From Acidobacteriota bacterium (GTDB taxonomy: Bacteria > Acidobacteriota > Terriglobia > Bryobacterales > UBA6623), in contig WGMB01000002.1 in the NCBI GenBank assembly GCA_016125275.1, positions 253,231-317,230 of the forward strand: a stretch of DNA of 64,000 nt, in the 5' to 3' direction. Position 1 is the stretch's first letter; every line of letters begins with the position of its first letter. The position numbers and the translations under genes were made by a program. The notes beneath the pieces were generated by a model. The model worked only from the letters and a program-made list of their open reading frames with translations. It was not told where the DNA came from and searched no databases. Shown here one piece after another: positions 50,481-62,566 of this stretch.

Positions 50481-52370
50481 ATGCCCCGTCTCGCTTCTCT
50501 AGCCCTGCTGCTGTGCGGATTGCTGGTTCCGCTGGCCGCCCAAGATCGCCCCAACATCCTTTGGATTACCGCCGAGGACCACGGTCCCCAGATGGGGGCC
50601 TACGGCGACGCCTACGCCACCACCCCCAACGTCGACGCCCTGGCCGCCAAGGGCATGCTCTACCGCAACGCCTGGTCCACGGCCCCGGTCTGCGCCCCGG
50701 CCCGCACGACCATCATCTCCGGCATGTATCCACCGTCCATCGGCGGACAGCACATGCGCTCGATGACCCGTCTGCCGTCCTCGATGCTGATGTACCCGCA
50801 ATATCTACGCGAAGCCGGCTACTACGTCACCAACAACTCCAAGACGGACTACAACCTCGAAGAGCAAGGCCAAGTGTGGGACGAGTCCTCGCCCAAGGCG
50901 CACTGGAAGAACCGTAAGAAGGATCAGCCCTTCTTTGCGATCTTCAACACCACCATCAGCCACGAGTCCAAGCTCCGCACGCGTCCGCACCAGCAGGTGC
51001 ACGACCCGGCCGGCGTGCGCGTGCCCGCCTACCACCCCGATACGCCGGAAGTGCGCCAGGACTGGGCGCAATACTACGACCGCGTGACCGAGGCCGACGC
51101 CTACGCCGGCGAGCACATGCGCGAGATCGAAGAAGCCGGCTTGGCCGACAACACGATCATCTTCTACTACGCCGACCACGGCTCCGGCATGCCTCGCAGC
51201 AAGCGCTGGCCGTACAACTCCGGCCTGCAGGTGCCGATGGTCGTCTACTTCCCCGAGAAGTGGAAGGATCTGGCGCCGCCGGAGTACCGCCCGGGCAGCG
51301 AGAGCTACCGGCTGGTGGGCTTTGTCGACTTGGCCTCGACGCTGCTTTCAATGGCGGGCATCGAGCCTCCGAAGCACATGCAGGGCCACGCCTTCGCAGG
51401 CAAGTACGTGACGCCCGAGCCGAGGTTCATGTTCGGCTTCCGCGGCCGCATGGACGAGCGCTACGACTTCGTGCGCTCGGTGCGGGATCAGCGCTACATC
51501 TACATCCGCAACTTCAAGCCGCACCGGATCTACGGCCAGTACATCGACTACATGTTCCAGACGCCGACGACGAAGGTCTGGTTCAATCTCTACTCGAGCG
51601 GCCGCGCCAATGGCGCTCAATCCGCGTTCTGGCAGGAGAAGCCGACCGAGGAGCTCTACGACCTTTTCGCGGACCCGGATGAGGTCAACAACCTCGCCGG
51701 CTCGCCCGCCCACAAAGCGGTTCGGGATCGGTTGAACGGAGCCTTGCGCGATTGGCAGGCGCGGATCAGGGACCTGGGTTTCCTGCCCGAAGGCGAGATG
51801 CACGAGCGCGCCCAGGCCGCCCGTAGCACGCCGTATGACATGGGCCACGACGACTACCGCTACGACTTCGAGCGCATCCGCCGCATGGCCGAAATCGCCA
51901 GCGACCGCAGCTTCGAGGACGACGCGCCGATCCGCCGCGGCTTCCACGACCGCGATTCCGCCGTACGCTACTGGGCGGCCACGGCCGCGCTCATTCGCGG
52001 GAAAAAGCAAGACATCGACTCCCCCAGAAACCCCGTCTTCCGCTTCCGCCGCGAGCTGCATGAAGCCCTGCACGACGACTCGCCCTACGTTCGCGCCGTG
52101 GCCGGCGAGGTCCTGGGCCGTTTCGGCGACGACCAAGAAGCCTCGATGGCTCTCGAAACCCTGATGCAACTCGCGTCGGTCGAGAAGAACGGCCTCTACG
52201 TATCGCTCGAAGCCCTCAACGCCATCGATTACATGGACCAGCGCGCCGCGCCGGCCAAGGACCGCATCGCCGCTCTGCCGAAGGTTTCGACGTCGGGTCC
52301 GGGCGTCAAGGGACGCATGGGAGGCTACGTGGGCAACGTGATCGACAAAATTCTGGCCGATCTGAAATAG
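50481..52370 (+). CDS. Secreted sulfatase with C-terminal HEAT-like repeats
   Basis: Signal peptide MPRLASLALLLCGLLVPLAAQ. Formylglycine motif CAPARTTIISG. NILWITAEDHG. C-terminus DSAVRYWAA.../DSPYVRAVAGEVLG. Confidence 0.8.
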   Translation: MPRLASLALLLCGLLVPLAAQDRPNILWITAEDHGPQMGAYGDAYATTPNVDALAAKGMLYRNAWSTAPVCAPARTTIISGMYPPSIGGQHMRSMTRLPSSMLMYPQYLREAGYYVTNNSKTDYNLEEQGQVWDESSPKAHWKNRKKDQPFFAIFNTTISHESKLRTRPHQQVHDPAGVRVPAYHPDTPEVRQDWAQYYDRVTEADAYAGEHMREIEEAGLADNTIIFYYADHGSGMPRSKRWPYNSGLQVPMVVYFPEKWKDLAPPEYRPGSESYRLVGFVDLASTLLSMAGIEPPKHMQGHAFAGKYVTPEPRFMFGFRGRMDERYDFVRSVRDQRYIYIRNFKPHRIYGQYIDYMFQTPTTKVWFNLYSSGRANGAQSAFWQEKPTEELYDLFADPDEVNNLAGSPAHKAVRDRLNGALRDWQARIRDLGFLPEGEMHERAQAARSTPYDMGHDDYRYDFERIRRMAEIASDRSFEDDAPIRRGFHDRDSAVRYWAATAALIRGKKQDIDSPRNPVFRFRRELHEALHDDSPYVRAVAGEVLGRFGDDQEASMALETLMQLASVEKNGLYVSLEALNAIDYMDQRAAPAKDRIAALPKVSTSGPGVKGRMGGYVGNVIDKILADLK

Positions 52371-52433
52371 CGGCTCTTCAACCGCTTCGCCCAATTCGCT
52401 ACATTACGATCTAGGGCGCAGCTTGCTGCGCCC

Positions 52434-54392
52434 TTGCTGCGTCTGAAGAAGGAGATCAAGCCCTTGTCGACTACACCTGTGCTGACCGGAAAAAACAGCG
52501 CCGCCGCCATCGAGCGGGTCGGCCAGACGTACGGCGTCGAAAACTGGGGCTTTGGCTACTTCTTCATCAATGAGGCCGGCAATCTGTCGGTGGCGCCGCT
52601 GGGCGCGCGCAACCGTTCGATCGACTTGCTCGAAGTGGTCGAAAGCTTGGCCGAAGAGCGCTTTCCCACGCCGTTTCTGGTCCGCTTTCCCCAGATCCTG
52701 GAAGATCGTCTGACGGCCATCCACCGGGCGTTCCGCAAGGCGATTCGGGACTTCGAGTACGAGGGCGCGCACCTGGGCGTCTACCCCGTCAAGGTCAACC
52801 AGAAGGCCGAGGTCATCTCGAGCTTGGTGGAAGCCGGCCGCCGCTATCACTATGGACTGGAGGTGGGCAGCAAGGCCGAGCTGCTGGCCGCTCTCGCCGC
52901 GCCCTTGTCTGAGCGCGCCCTGATCGTCTGCAACGGCCTCAAGGACGACCTGTTCCTGCGCATGGCCGTACAGGCCGAGAAGCTCGGCAAGCGCACGATC
53001 ATCGTCGGCGAGGACAAGGCCGAGCTCAAGACCGCTCTCGAGCTGGGCTCGCGGCTGGGTATTCCGGCCGAAGTCGGCGTCCGCGTCAAGCTCTACTCGC
53101 GCGGCAGCGGCAAGTGGGAGGAGTCCGGCGGCGAGTTCGCCAAGTTCGGCATGGGCTCGATCGCTCTGGTCAGCACGCTGAACATGCTCAAGGAGATGGG
53201 CTTCGCCAACCGGCTCAAGATGCTCCATTTCCACATCGGCTCGCAGATTACTGACATTCGCCGCGCCAAACAGGCTTACAAAGAGGCCGCGCGCGTCTAC
53301 GCGAAGGTGCGCCAGATGGGTTTCCCCGTCGAGTTCCTCAACGTAGGCGGCGGCCTGGGCGTGGACTATGACGGCTCCAAGACCGCCTCGGAGTTCTCGG
53401 TCAACTACTCCGTGCAGGAGTTCGCCAACGACGTCATCTACACCATCAGCGAGGTGTGCGTGAGCGAGGACGTGCCGGCCCCGACCATAGTCACCGAAGC
53501 CGGCCGCGCCATGACCGCCTACCACGCCGTGCTCGTCACCGACGTACGCAAAGTCATCCGCCCCGGCATGGAGGTGGAGTACGCGGTGGACACCATCGAG
53601 AGCGAGGCCGAGCCGGTCAAGGAGCTCATCGAGATCGCCAACGGCATCAACTCGAAGAACTTCCGCGAGTACTACCACGACGCCTTGCAGCAGCGCGACG
53701 ACCTGAACAAGCTCTTCGAGCTGGGCTACCTGAGCCTGGAGGACAAGGCCAAGGGCGAGTGGCTGTTCTGGGACGTCTGCCGCCGCGCCATCAAGCTCTC
53801 TCACTCGCTCAAGCAGCGCCCGGAGGAGTTCGAGGACCTCGAGCGGCTGCTGGCGGCAAAGTACGTCTGCAACTTCTCGATGTTCCAGTCGCTGCCCGAT
53901 TTCTGGGCCTTCGACCAGCTCTTCCCGATCATGCCGATCCATCGGCTCAACGAGATCCCCGAGGAGCGCGGCATCCTGTGCGACATCACCTGCGACTCCG
54001 ACGGCGCCGTGGACAAGTTCGTTGACGTGCGCGACGTGAAGGAGACGCTCGAGCTGCACCCGCTGCGTCCCGGCGAACCCTACTACCTGGCGATGCTGCT
54101 CATCGGCGCCTACCAGGAGACGTTAGGCGACATGCACAACCTGTTCGGCGAGGTCAGCGAAGTCAGCGTGACCATCGACGATGAGGGCGAGATCCACAAG
54201 GACGGCTTCCAGCGCGGAGACAGCGTGCGCGAGGTGCTGGCCTTCACCGGCCACGACCCCGACGAGATCCGCGACTCGCTGGCGCAGCAGCTCAGCCGGC
54301 GCATCGAGTCCGGCTCGATCACGCTGGAGGAAGAGCACCAGGTGATGGCCACGGCCTCGCTGGCGCTCGACGACTACACCTACCTGGGGTAG
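52434..54392 (+). CDS. speA: Biosynthetic arginine decarboxylase
   Basis: YGVENWGFGYFFINEAGNLSV near the N-terminus. PLP-fold decarboxylase motifs (VYPVKVNQ, HFHIGSQ, LNVGGGLGVDY). About 650 aa. Confidence 0.8.
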   Translation: MLRLKKEIKPLSTTPVLTGKNSAAAIERVGQTYGVENWGFGYFFINEAGNLSVAPLGARNRSIDLLEVVESLAEERFPTPFLVRFPQILEDRLTAIHRAFRKAIRDFEYEGAHLGVYPVKVNQKAEVISSLVEAGRRYHYGLEVGSKAELLAALAAPLSERALIVCNGLKDDLFLRMAVQAEKLGKRTIIVGEDKAELKTALELGSRLGIPAEVGVRVKLYSRGSGKWEESGGEFAKFGMGSIALVSTLNMLKEMGFANRLKMLHFHIGSQITDIRRAKQAYKEAARVYAKVRQMGFPVEFLNVGGGLGVDYDGSKTASEFSVNYSVQEFANDVIYTISEVCVSEDVPAPTIVTEAGRAMTAYHAVLVTDVRKVIRPGMEVEYAVDTIESEAEPVKELIEIANGINSKNFREYYHDALQQRDDLNKLFELGYLSLEDKAKGEWLFWDVCRRAIKLSHSLKQRPEEFEDLERLLAAKYVCNFSMFQSLPDFWAFDQLFPIMPIHRLNEIPEERGILCDITCDSDGAVDKFVDVRDVKETLELHPLRPGEPYYLAMLLIGAYQETLGDMHNLFGEVSEVSVTIDDEGEIHKDGFQRGDSVREVLAFTGHDPDEIRDSLAQQLSRRIESGSITLEEEHQVMATASLALDDYTYLG

Positions 54393-54402
54393 CGGCGGGA
54401 GC

Positions 54403-55929
54403 CTACGTCCCCAGTACGGCGGGGGCCGGCAACGGCCCCCGCGCCTGCTCAAAAGCGTGTGCCAGTTGCAGCACGCTGAAGTCCGCTTGCACGCGGCCCA
54501 CGATCTGGAAGCCCACCGGCAGTCCTTCCGGCGTGAGGCCGGCCGGCACGGAGATCGCCGGCAGCGCCGTCACCGTCACGTAGTAGCAAGAGCGCATCCA
54601 GTCGATATAGGACTCGAACTGGCGGCCGTCGATCTCTTTCACCCACTCCTGCTCGGTGCTGAAGGCCGGAACCTGAGTGGTCGGCAGCACGAAGTACTCG
54701 TAGTCCTTCAGGAAGTCGCCGACCCGCTCGTGGAGCTTGGAGCGTAGACCTTCAGCGCGCGTGATCTGGGGGCCGGTGAGCTTGGCGCCGCGATCGACCT
54801 CTTCGAGCACGGTGGCCTTGATCTGGTCGCGGTGCTCGGCCGCCTTGGCGGCGTGCTGCTGGTAGAAGCCCATCGCCCGAAAGACCTTGAAGACTTCGTC
54901 GGCGCCGGTCAGGTCCGGCTCCGCGTCGGTCACCCGGCAGCCCAGCGACTCCAGCACGGCGCGCTGCTTGTCGAACACCGCCCGCACGCGCTTGTCGAAC
55001 GGCAGCCCGAGCAGGCCCGCGCACCAAGCGACTCGCACGTTGCGGAAGTCGCGGTCCAGGGGCTTGGCGAACTGCTCGCCCGGCTCCTGAATCGACAGCG
55101 GAATCCGCAGGTCCGGCCCGGCGATCGCCGACAGCATCAGGCCGACATCTTCCGCCGATCGGCCCATCGGTCCGACCACGCTGAGCGTGTTCCAGGCCGT
55201 GCCGGTCGGGACGCGTGGCGAGCGCCCGGGCGAGGTCCGGAAGCCCACCACGCCGCAGAACGCCGCAGGGTTGCGCAACGAGCCGCCGGTGTCGCTGCCG
55301 TCCGCCAGCGGGATCATGCCGCAGGCCAGCGCCGCCGCCGCCCCGCCGCTGCTGCCGCCGGTCGTCTTCGACAGATCGTAGGGATTGTGCGCCGCCCCAA
55401 AGACCGGATTGAAGGTCTGCGAGCCCGCGCCGAACTCCGGCACGTTCGTCTTGCCGATCGTCACCGCACCGGCCTGCTGGATGCGGTCGATCAGCAGCGT
55501 GTTGCGGGTGGGAACGTAGTCACGAAACAGCGGCGAACCGTAGGTGGTGCGGATGCCGGCCGTGTCCTGCAGGTCCTTGTGCGCAATCGGCAGGCCGTGC
55601 AGGGGCCCGGCGAAGCGTCCGCGGGCGGCCTGCTCGTCGAGCTCGGCGGCCTTCTTGCGCGCCTGATCGGCCACCAGTGTGACCACTGCGTTGACCTTCG
55701 GATTGACCGCCTCGATGCGCGCCAGGCAGGCGTCGAGGACCTCCCTCGCCGAGAGCTTCTTCTTGCGCAGCAGACGCGCCAGATCCACGGCCTTGGCGCC
55801 GCAGATCTCGTCGCCGGGCAACGACCGAGCCGGAGAAGCGGCTGCGGCGGCCGCGCCGGCCAGCAGCAATCCGCGGCGGGAGAGATGGTTGGGGGAATCC
55901 ACGAGCCGAGTATAGCCGGGTTCGGCCAT
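54403..55929 (-). CDS. Amidase-signature family amidase with Tat-type signal
   Basis: SRRGLLLAGAAAAAA twin-arginine leader. GGSSGGAAAALA and GSDTGGSLRNPA are amidase-signature motifs. Confidence 0.8.
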   Translation of the reverse strand: MAEPGYTRLVDSPNHLSRRGLLLAGAAAAAASPARSLPGDEICGAKAVDLARLLRKKKLSAREVLDACLARIEAVNPKVNAVVTLVADQARKKAAELDEQAARGRFAGPLHGLPIAHKDLQDTAGIRTTYGSPLFRDYVPTRNTLLIDRIQQAGAVTIGKTNVPEFGAGSQTFNPVFGAAHNPYDLSKTTGGSSGGAAAALACGMIPLADGSDTGGSLRNPAAFCGVVGFRTSPGRSPRVPTGTAWNTLSVVGPMGRSAEDVGLMLSAIAGPDLRIPLSIQEPGEQFAKPLDRDFRNVRVAWCAGLLGLPFDKRVRAVFDKQRAVLESLGCRVTDAEPDLTGADEVFKVFRAMGFYQQHAAKAAEHRDQIKATVLEEVDRGAKLTGPQITRAEGLRSKLHERVGDFLKDYEYFVLPTTQVPAFSTEQEWVKEIDGRQFESYIDWMRSCYYVTVTALPAISVPAGLTPEGLPVGFQIVGRVQADFSVLQLAHAFEQARGPLPAPAVLGT

Positions 55930-55961
55930 CCCGGCGCCGGCGGAGCCAAAAGCTAAGCTGA

Positions 55962-56978
<1,017 letters not shown>

Positions 56979-56983
56979 GGCCG

Positions 56984-58378
56984 CTACCAGCCGATGTCCC
57001 GCAGCAGGCTGGTCGTCAGGTCGGCCGGCGGCGTCACTTGCAGCGTCAGATCCCGGTTGATGAACGGCTCCATCAACTGGTTGGGGAACAGCGAGGTGTC
57101 CCAGTGGACGACCGACGAGCCCTGCTCATAAGGATTGGGCGCGTAGAGTCGGGGATAGCCGCCGGAGGTTCCCTGGCGCACCGACGGGCTCAGCCGCAGG
57201 GTCGCCTCGAGGCCTTGCGCGTTGGGGTCGTTGACGGGGGGCAGCAGTTTCAGAATGCCGCCCCACAGTTGCGCCACGCCGATCGACGGAATCGTCACGG
57301 AGCCGCTCGCGCCGGTGATCGCCGGGATGCCGTTGGGATCGTTGTTGACGATCACGACGCCGATGGCTCCGGCCGCCTGCGCGTTGAGGACTTTCTGCAC
57401 GTAAGAGCAGGTTCCGCGGTCCACCAGGGCAATGCGCCCTTGCAGCGGAGAGACGATCGGCTCACAGGCGTCCGTGGGTGAGACGCCGCCGGAATCAGTA
57501 GGCAACGTCAACCGGCCCTGCAACCCGGTCTGGTCCAGGGTCGGGCCGAACGACGCCGGCAGCGCCTCGAAGTCCCGCAGTTGAAAGGGCCCTTGCACCA
57601 ACAGCTCGGTCCGGAAGCCCAGCACCGACTGCAAGTCCACCTGCACGTTCGGCCCCGTCCAGACGAGGTTGTTCGTATTCAGCGAGGAGAAGATCAGCTC
57701 CAGGCCGTTCATCGTGTTCCAGGCCTTGCCGCTGGTCAGGTCGCGCACGAATTGCTCCCACACCGAGGGGTAGACCAGCCGCAGCCCCAGCGACGGCACG
57801 GTGGGACCGACGGTGAAGCCCAACCCGTGGCCGAACTCATGCAGCACCACGGTCAGCAGATCCACCTGCCCCGACGGCGCCGCCCCGTCGAGCCCGTAGT
57901 ACCAGCTCGCGCCGGTAAGGCAGCCCGCCTGGCCGATGTCGCTGTTGAAGGCCGCCACGATCTCGTAGTTCACGATCATGTCCGCGCCGAGATCGGCGTT
58001 CGAGAGCTTTTCGGCCAGGGCCGCCGCATACCAGGTCTGCGCCTGCAGGCCGGGCTGATCGGCGTAAGACCAGAACGGGCTGGCGCCGCCGAGCACGGCC
58101 GAGCTGTCCGTGCACGCCAGCGACTCGAACAAGGCCGCCACGCGGATCGTCTGCGTGCTGGTGAGCGTGGCCCCCCAGATATTGGCCGCCGCGTCAAACA
58201 CCCTCTGCCGCTGCTCGCCCACCGTCACGCCCGGGTTGCCCCCCACAGGGCTCGCCGGCGTCGGATCGTTGAAGCCTTCGCCTGGAAAGTCGAAATTCAC
58301 CACCTCGAAGGCCGCGGCCGCCGGCAGGGCAACCGGCGCGGCGAGAGCCAGCAGGACGACCAGGCTCCTAACGCGCAT
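56984..58378 (-). CDS. Secreted zinc metalloprotease with PA domain
   Basis: Internal start MRVRSLVVLLALAAPVALPAAAA. HEFGHGLGF (HExxH). PA-domain-like IALVDRGTCSYVQKVLNAQAAGAIGVVIVNN. Confidence 0.7.
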   Translation of the reverse strand: MRVRSLVVLLALAAPVALPAAAAFEVVNFDFPGEGFNDPTPASPVGGNPGVTVGEQRQRVFDAAANIWGATLTSTQTIRVAALFESLACTDSSAVLGGASPFWSYADQPGLQAQTWYAAALAEKLSNADLGADMIVNYEIVAAFNSDIGQAGCLTGASWYYGLDGAAPSGQVDLLTVVLHEFGHGLGFTVGPTVPSLGLRLVYPSVWEQFVRDLTSGKAWNTMNGLELIFSSLNTNNLVWTGPNVQVDLQSVLGFRTELLVQGPFQLRDFEALPASFGPTLDQTGLQGRLTLPTDSGGVSPTDACEPIVSPLQGRIALVDRGTCSYVQKVLNAQAAGAIGVVIVNNDPNGIPAITGASGSVTIPSIGVAQLWGGILKLLPPVNDPNAQGLEATLRLSPSVRQGTSGGYPRLYAPNPYEQGSSVVHWDTSLFPNQLMEPFINRDLTLQVTPPADLTTSLLRDIGW

Positions 58379-58790
58379 CGGAAGCCCCCTCCCCCGCCGT
58401 CGGCGCGCCATGGCTGGTCTCGAGCGTGCCATCCGCACGGCGGGTGACGACCATGTAGTCGGCTCCCACGGCGTCGAACCCGACCGCGAAGCCGCGCCGC
58501 AGCCGCCGCGGGCCGGCGGCGAAAGCGGCCGCTCGCGCGCCGTGCAGAGCTCCGCGCTCGCCGGCGCGCGGCGCGCGGAACTCGCCGGTCTTCGGATCCC
58601 GGAAGACCACGCTGGCCGGCTCCGGCGGGTGCAGCTCATAGCCGGGCGGTAAGACGCCCTTCTTCAAGACTTGGCGCACCTGCTGAGCGGGCGGCGCCGG
58701 CTCGGGCGGGGCGACGCTGCGGAGCAGCAGAGAGCCCGCCGCCGCGGCGGCAAGCAGAAGCAAAGCGAGTTTGGAGGATGGCAGGCGCAT
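58368..58790 (-). CDS. Secreted hypothetical protein, 140 aa
   Basis: Internal start MRLPSSKLALLLLAAAAAGSLLL. Overlaps the protease start by 11 nt (operon-like). Confidence 0.45.
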   Translation of the reverse strand: MRLPSSKLALLLLAAAAAGSLLLRSVAPPEPAPPAQQVRQVLKKGVLPPGYELHPPEPASVVFRDPKTGEFRAPRAGERGALHGARAAAFAAGPRRLRRGFAVGFDAVGADYMVVTRRADGTLETSHGAPTAGEGASDAR

Positions 58791-59145
58791 GGGGACGCCG
58801 GAAGTGTGACACTTCCCCAGCCGCTCGGGCAACCCTTTTCCTCGGCGCATGCGGCCATCCTCCCGTCCCGGTCCGCCCTGCCTCCATCCGAGGCCGAGGT
58901 CCATGCGATCGGCCTCCGCAGACGGGGGACCCTATCGGCGTATCGCCTCCCCTGCGGCAGAACCCCTGTCCTTTCGGTCAAGAGAAATCGTCCGGCCATC
59001 CAAACCGGTGGACATCCGATGAACTATCCCTGGGCCTAAGCTTTTCTCTATCATCGATACGCTACCTTGGGGTCCTTCCCTGGGCCTCGAGGCTCAATCG
59101 CCGGAGGGGTCTCCGGCATCCCCTGAATCCGGAAACTACGGAGGA

Positions 59146-62100
59146 ATGATGAAGAATGTGATCCGATCGACCGGTCTGGCCCTGATCAGCCTGATCCTGC
59201 CCCTGGCAGCCTACGCCCAAGGAACGGGTGTCGTCGTGGGGGCGGTCACCGATCCCAGCGGCGCCGTCGCGCCGGGCGTGGAGGTCTCGGTTATCAATGT
59301 GGACACGGGCGTGGCGCGCCAAGCCACCTCGGATGAGCAGGGCCGCTTCCAGTTCCCGCGGCTGCCCGTCGGTCAATATCGTGTGGAGGCCCAGCTCGCA
59401 GGCTTTTCCACCTTCTCGTCGGAAGCTTTCCAGCTCGATGTGGACACCAGCCGCCGCGTCAACGTGCAACTCCAGGTCGGCGAGGTCACCGAAACCGTGC
59501 AAGTCACCGGCTCGGTGCTTCACGTCGACACCGAAGGCAGCACGCTCAAGGAGACTATCGACGCCCGGCGCATCGAAGAGCTGCCCCTCAACGGCCGCAA
59601 CGCGCTGCAACTCCAGTTGCTCGTGCCCGGCACCAACACGGGTCCCGGCGTGCCCAACCTGTCGCAGAACACGGGCGTGTCCGTGAACGGCTCGCGCGGC
59701 ATCTCCAACAGCTACATGCTCGACGGCGGCGACAACAACGATCCGCTGAGCAACTCCGCCGCCACCGCGCCCAACCCGGACGCCGTCGCCGAGTTCACGA
59801 TCATGACCAACAACTATGAGGCGAAGTACGGCCGCAACGCCGGCGCCGTCGTGAACGTGGCGACCAAATCGGGCACCAACGAGTTCCACGGCAGCCTCTT
59901 CGAGTTCCTGCGCAACGACAACGTCGACGCCCGCAACTTCTTCGCCCTCGAGAAGGGCAAGCTGCGCCGCAACCAGTTCGGCGGTTCCCTCGGCGGCGCC
60001 ATCGTCAAGAACAAGACCTTCTTCTTCGTCTCCGACCAGGTGTTGCGCGAGCGGCTGGGAGCCACCTTCTCCGGCCTGACCGTGCCGACCCAGGCCATGC
60101 GCGGCGGCGACTTCTCCTCGGCGACGCGCAAGCCCGTCGATCCGGACACCGGCGAGCGTTTCGCCAACGACCAGATCCCGACCGGCCGCATCGACCAAGC
60201 CGGCCAGAACTTTCTGGATCTGCTGATCCCGCTGCCCAACGCGCCGAACAACCGGCACGTCTTCAACCGCCCGCAGGATACGAACGGCAACCAGGTGATC
60301 GGCCGCGTCGACCACTTCGTCTCCGAGAAGCACCGCATCTTCGGCCGCTTCTTCATCGACCGCTCGAACCAGCAGGGCACGCTGGCGGCTCAGGTGCCGA
60401 CGCTGACCTCGAAGGTCGCCTTCGAGACCATGAACAGCACCGTCAACTACACCTTCACGCCGACGGCTAACTTCATGAACTCGGCTCAGTTCACCCTCGG
60501 CAAGTCCTTGGTGGACCGCGGGCCACTGCCGATCGGCGGCGGGCTGGGGACGAACTATCAGGACCTCGGCGTGAACGTGCACCGCGGCGCGCCGGACGAC
60601 CAGATCGAACAGTACGGCCTGGTGGCGCACTATCGCGGCAGCGTCAGCGGCTACTGGAACCTCAACCAGATCAACTTGGTGAAGATCGACCGCAAGACCT
60701 ACCAGTTCAAGGATGACGTGAGCTGGATTCTCGGCGCCCACACCATCGAGTTCGGCGGCGAGACCCGCGAGACCACCAATGATCGCGTGACCGCCAACGG
60801 CGTCGACCTGCAGTATTCGTTCACCGGACGCTTCACGGATGAGGCCTTCGGCGACTTCCTGATCGGCCGGGCCGCCTCGGCCAACCAGGGCTCGCTGCGC
60901 ATCAACCAGTTGCGGGGCAAGGCGTTCAACTTCTACGTGCAGGACAAGTGGCAGGCAACCTCCAACCTCACCGTGTCGGTCGGTCTGCGCTATGACCCGT
61001 TCATCCCCTTCTATGACAAGGCGTTCTCGCCCAGCCAAGTGTCGATCTTCCGTCCCGGCGTGCAGTCCACGCTGTTCCCGACCGCGCCGCTCGGCTTGGT
61101 CTACGGCGGAGACCTCAACGGCAAAATCCCGCGTGGGGGAACGGTCTCGGACTGGAACAACTTCGCGCCGCGACTGTCGGTCGCCTGGCGGCCCCTAGCC
61201 AAGACCAGCATCCGCGCCGGCTACGGCATGTTCTTTGAGCAGCCACGCTACTTCACGCTCAGCAACTTCGTGAACTCGCCGCCGTTCGCCCAACAGGTGC
61301 GGTTGAACGACGTACAGTTCAGCGACCCCTACGCCGGCCGGGTCGATCCCTTCCCGTTCCCCGGCGCCAGTAACCTCTCGCAGGACGTTCTGCAAAACTT
61401 CAACTTCCTCACCCCAATCGGCTTCGGCCTCTCGGTGCAGGACCAGCTCAAGGCCGGCTACAGCCAACAGTGGAACTTCAACATCCAGCGCGAGTTCGGC
61501 GACATCCTGTTCACCGCGGCCTACGTTGGGGCCAAGTCGACTAAACTGCCTACCACCCAGGAAGTCAATCCGTCGATCTACAACCCCACCGCCACCACGG
61601 CCAATATCGACTCGCGCCGCCTGTACCCGAACTTCCAAGGCGTCAACAGCTTCAACAACGTGGGCTTCTCCAACTACAACGCGGTGCAACTCACGGTAAA
61701 CAAGCGCTTCAGCCAGGGATTCACGCTGCTGGCGCACTACACCTACGCCAAGACGATCGACAACGCCTCCGAGGACGGCAGCCTCCCGGCGCAGTTCTCA
61801 CTCGATCCCTCTGACGCCAAGGGCTTGGCGGACTTCCACCTCGCTCACCGCTTCGTCTCGTCGTTCCTGTGGGAGTTGCCCGGGCCGAAGCAGAACGTGC
61901 TGGCCAAGAGCGTCTTCGGCGGCTGGCAGGCCAACGGCATCTTCACCTCGCAGAGCGGTTCGCCGTTCAACGTCATCAGCGGACGGGACGTGGCGATCTG
62001 CGCCTGCGGCACGAACCGCCCCAACCTGGTGGGTGATCCCTACCTGTCGAGCGACCGTACTCGCGCCGAGAAAATCCAGCAGTTCTACGACCCCTCGGCG

Positions 62101-62367
62101 TTCGCCTTGCCGGCCGCCGGTGGTTTCGGCAACGTGGGTCGCAACGTCCTCACCGGTCCCATGCTCTGGAACCTCGACTTTGCCTTATTCAAGAACATTC
62201 CGGTCAAGGAACGCATGGAGGTCGAGTTCCGGGCGGAGTTCTTCAACTTCCTCAACCACGCCAACCTGAGCAACCCGCAGGGCAACATCAGCTCGGCGGT
62301 GCGGGGTCAGATCACAGACGCCGGAGCTGCGCGCATCACGCAGTTCGGGCTGAAGTTCATCTTCTGA
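59146..62367 (+). CDS. TonB-dependent-receptor-like outer-membrane protein with CarboxypepD_reg N-domain
   Basis: Signal peptide. VVGAVTDPSGAVAPGVEVSVINVDTG...GRFQFPRLPVGQYRV. Plug-like LNGRNALQL. C-terminal ...FGLKFIF beta-barrel terminus. Confidence 0.8.
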   Translation: MMKNVIRSTGLALISLILPLAAYAQGTGVVVGAVTDPSGAVAPGVEVSVINVDTGVARQATSDEQGRFQFPRLPVGQYRVEAQLAGFSTFSSEAFQLDVDTSRRVNVQLQVGEVTETVQVTGSVLHVDTEGSTLKETIDARRIEELPLNGRNALQLQLLVPGTNTGPGVPNLSQNTGVSVNGSRGISNSYMLDGGDNNDPLSNSAATAPNPDAVAEFTIMTNNYEAKYGRNAGAVVNVATKSGTNEFHGSLFEFLRNDNVDARNFFALEKGKLRRNQFGGSLGGAIVKNKTFFFVSDQVLRERLGATFSGLTVPTQAMRGGDFSSATRKPVDPDTGERFANDQIPTGRIDQAGQNFLDLLIPLPNAPNNRHVFNRPQDTNGNQVIGRVDHFVSEKHRIFGRFFIDRSNQQGTLAAQVPTLTSKVAFETMNSTVNYTFTPTANFMNSAQFTLGKSLVDRGPLPIGGGLGTNYQDLGVNVHRGAPDDQIEQYGLVAHYRGSVSGYWNLNQINLVKIDRKTYQFKDDVSWILGAHTIEFGGETRETTNDRVTANGVDLQYSFTGRFTDEAFGDFLIGRAASANQGSLRINQLRGKAFNFYVQDKWQATSNLTVSVGLRYDPFIPFYDKAFSPSQVSIFRPGVQSTLFPTAPLGLVYGGDLNGKIPRGGTVSDWNNFAPRLSVAWRPLAKTSIRAGYGMFFEQPRYFTLSNFVNSPPFAQQVRLNDVQFSDPYAGRVDPFPFPGASNLSQDVLQNFNFLTPIGFGLSVQDQLKAGYSQQWNFNIQREFGDILFTAAYVGAKSTKLPTTQEVNPSIYNPTATTANIDSRRLYPNFQGVNSFNNVGFSNYNAVQLTVNKRFSQGFTLLAHYTYAKTIDNASEDGSLPAQFSLDPSDAKGLADFHLAHRFVSSFLWELPGPKQNVLAKSVFGGWQANGIFTSQSGSPFNVISGRDVAICACGTNRPNLVGDPYLSSDRTRAEKIQQFYDPSAFALPAAGGFGNVGRNVLTGPMLWNLDFALFKNIPVKERMEVEFRAEFFNFLNHANLSNPQGNISSAVRGQITDAGAARITQFGLKFIF

Positions 62368-62566
62368 GGTCCGTTGGCGACACGAGGCTGCCGCGGCGCT
62401 CGGCAACGGGCTCCGCGGCAGCCCTCCCGCCTCCCGGCGGGCGCTTTCTAGCCGAAAACGCGTTTGACCGTGCCTTGCGGTCTTGTTACACTCAAAGTTC
62501 GTCAGGCGTTGAGTCCGGCGCGGACTCGGCGCCTTTCTTGCGTCTGATAACAAGGTTCCGATTACC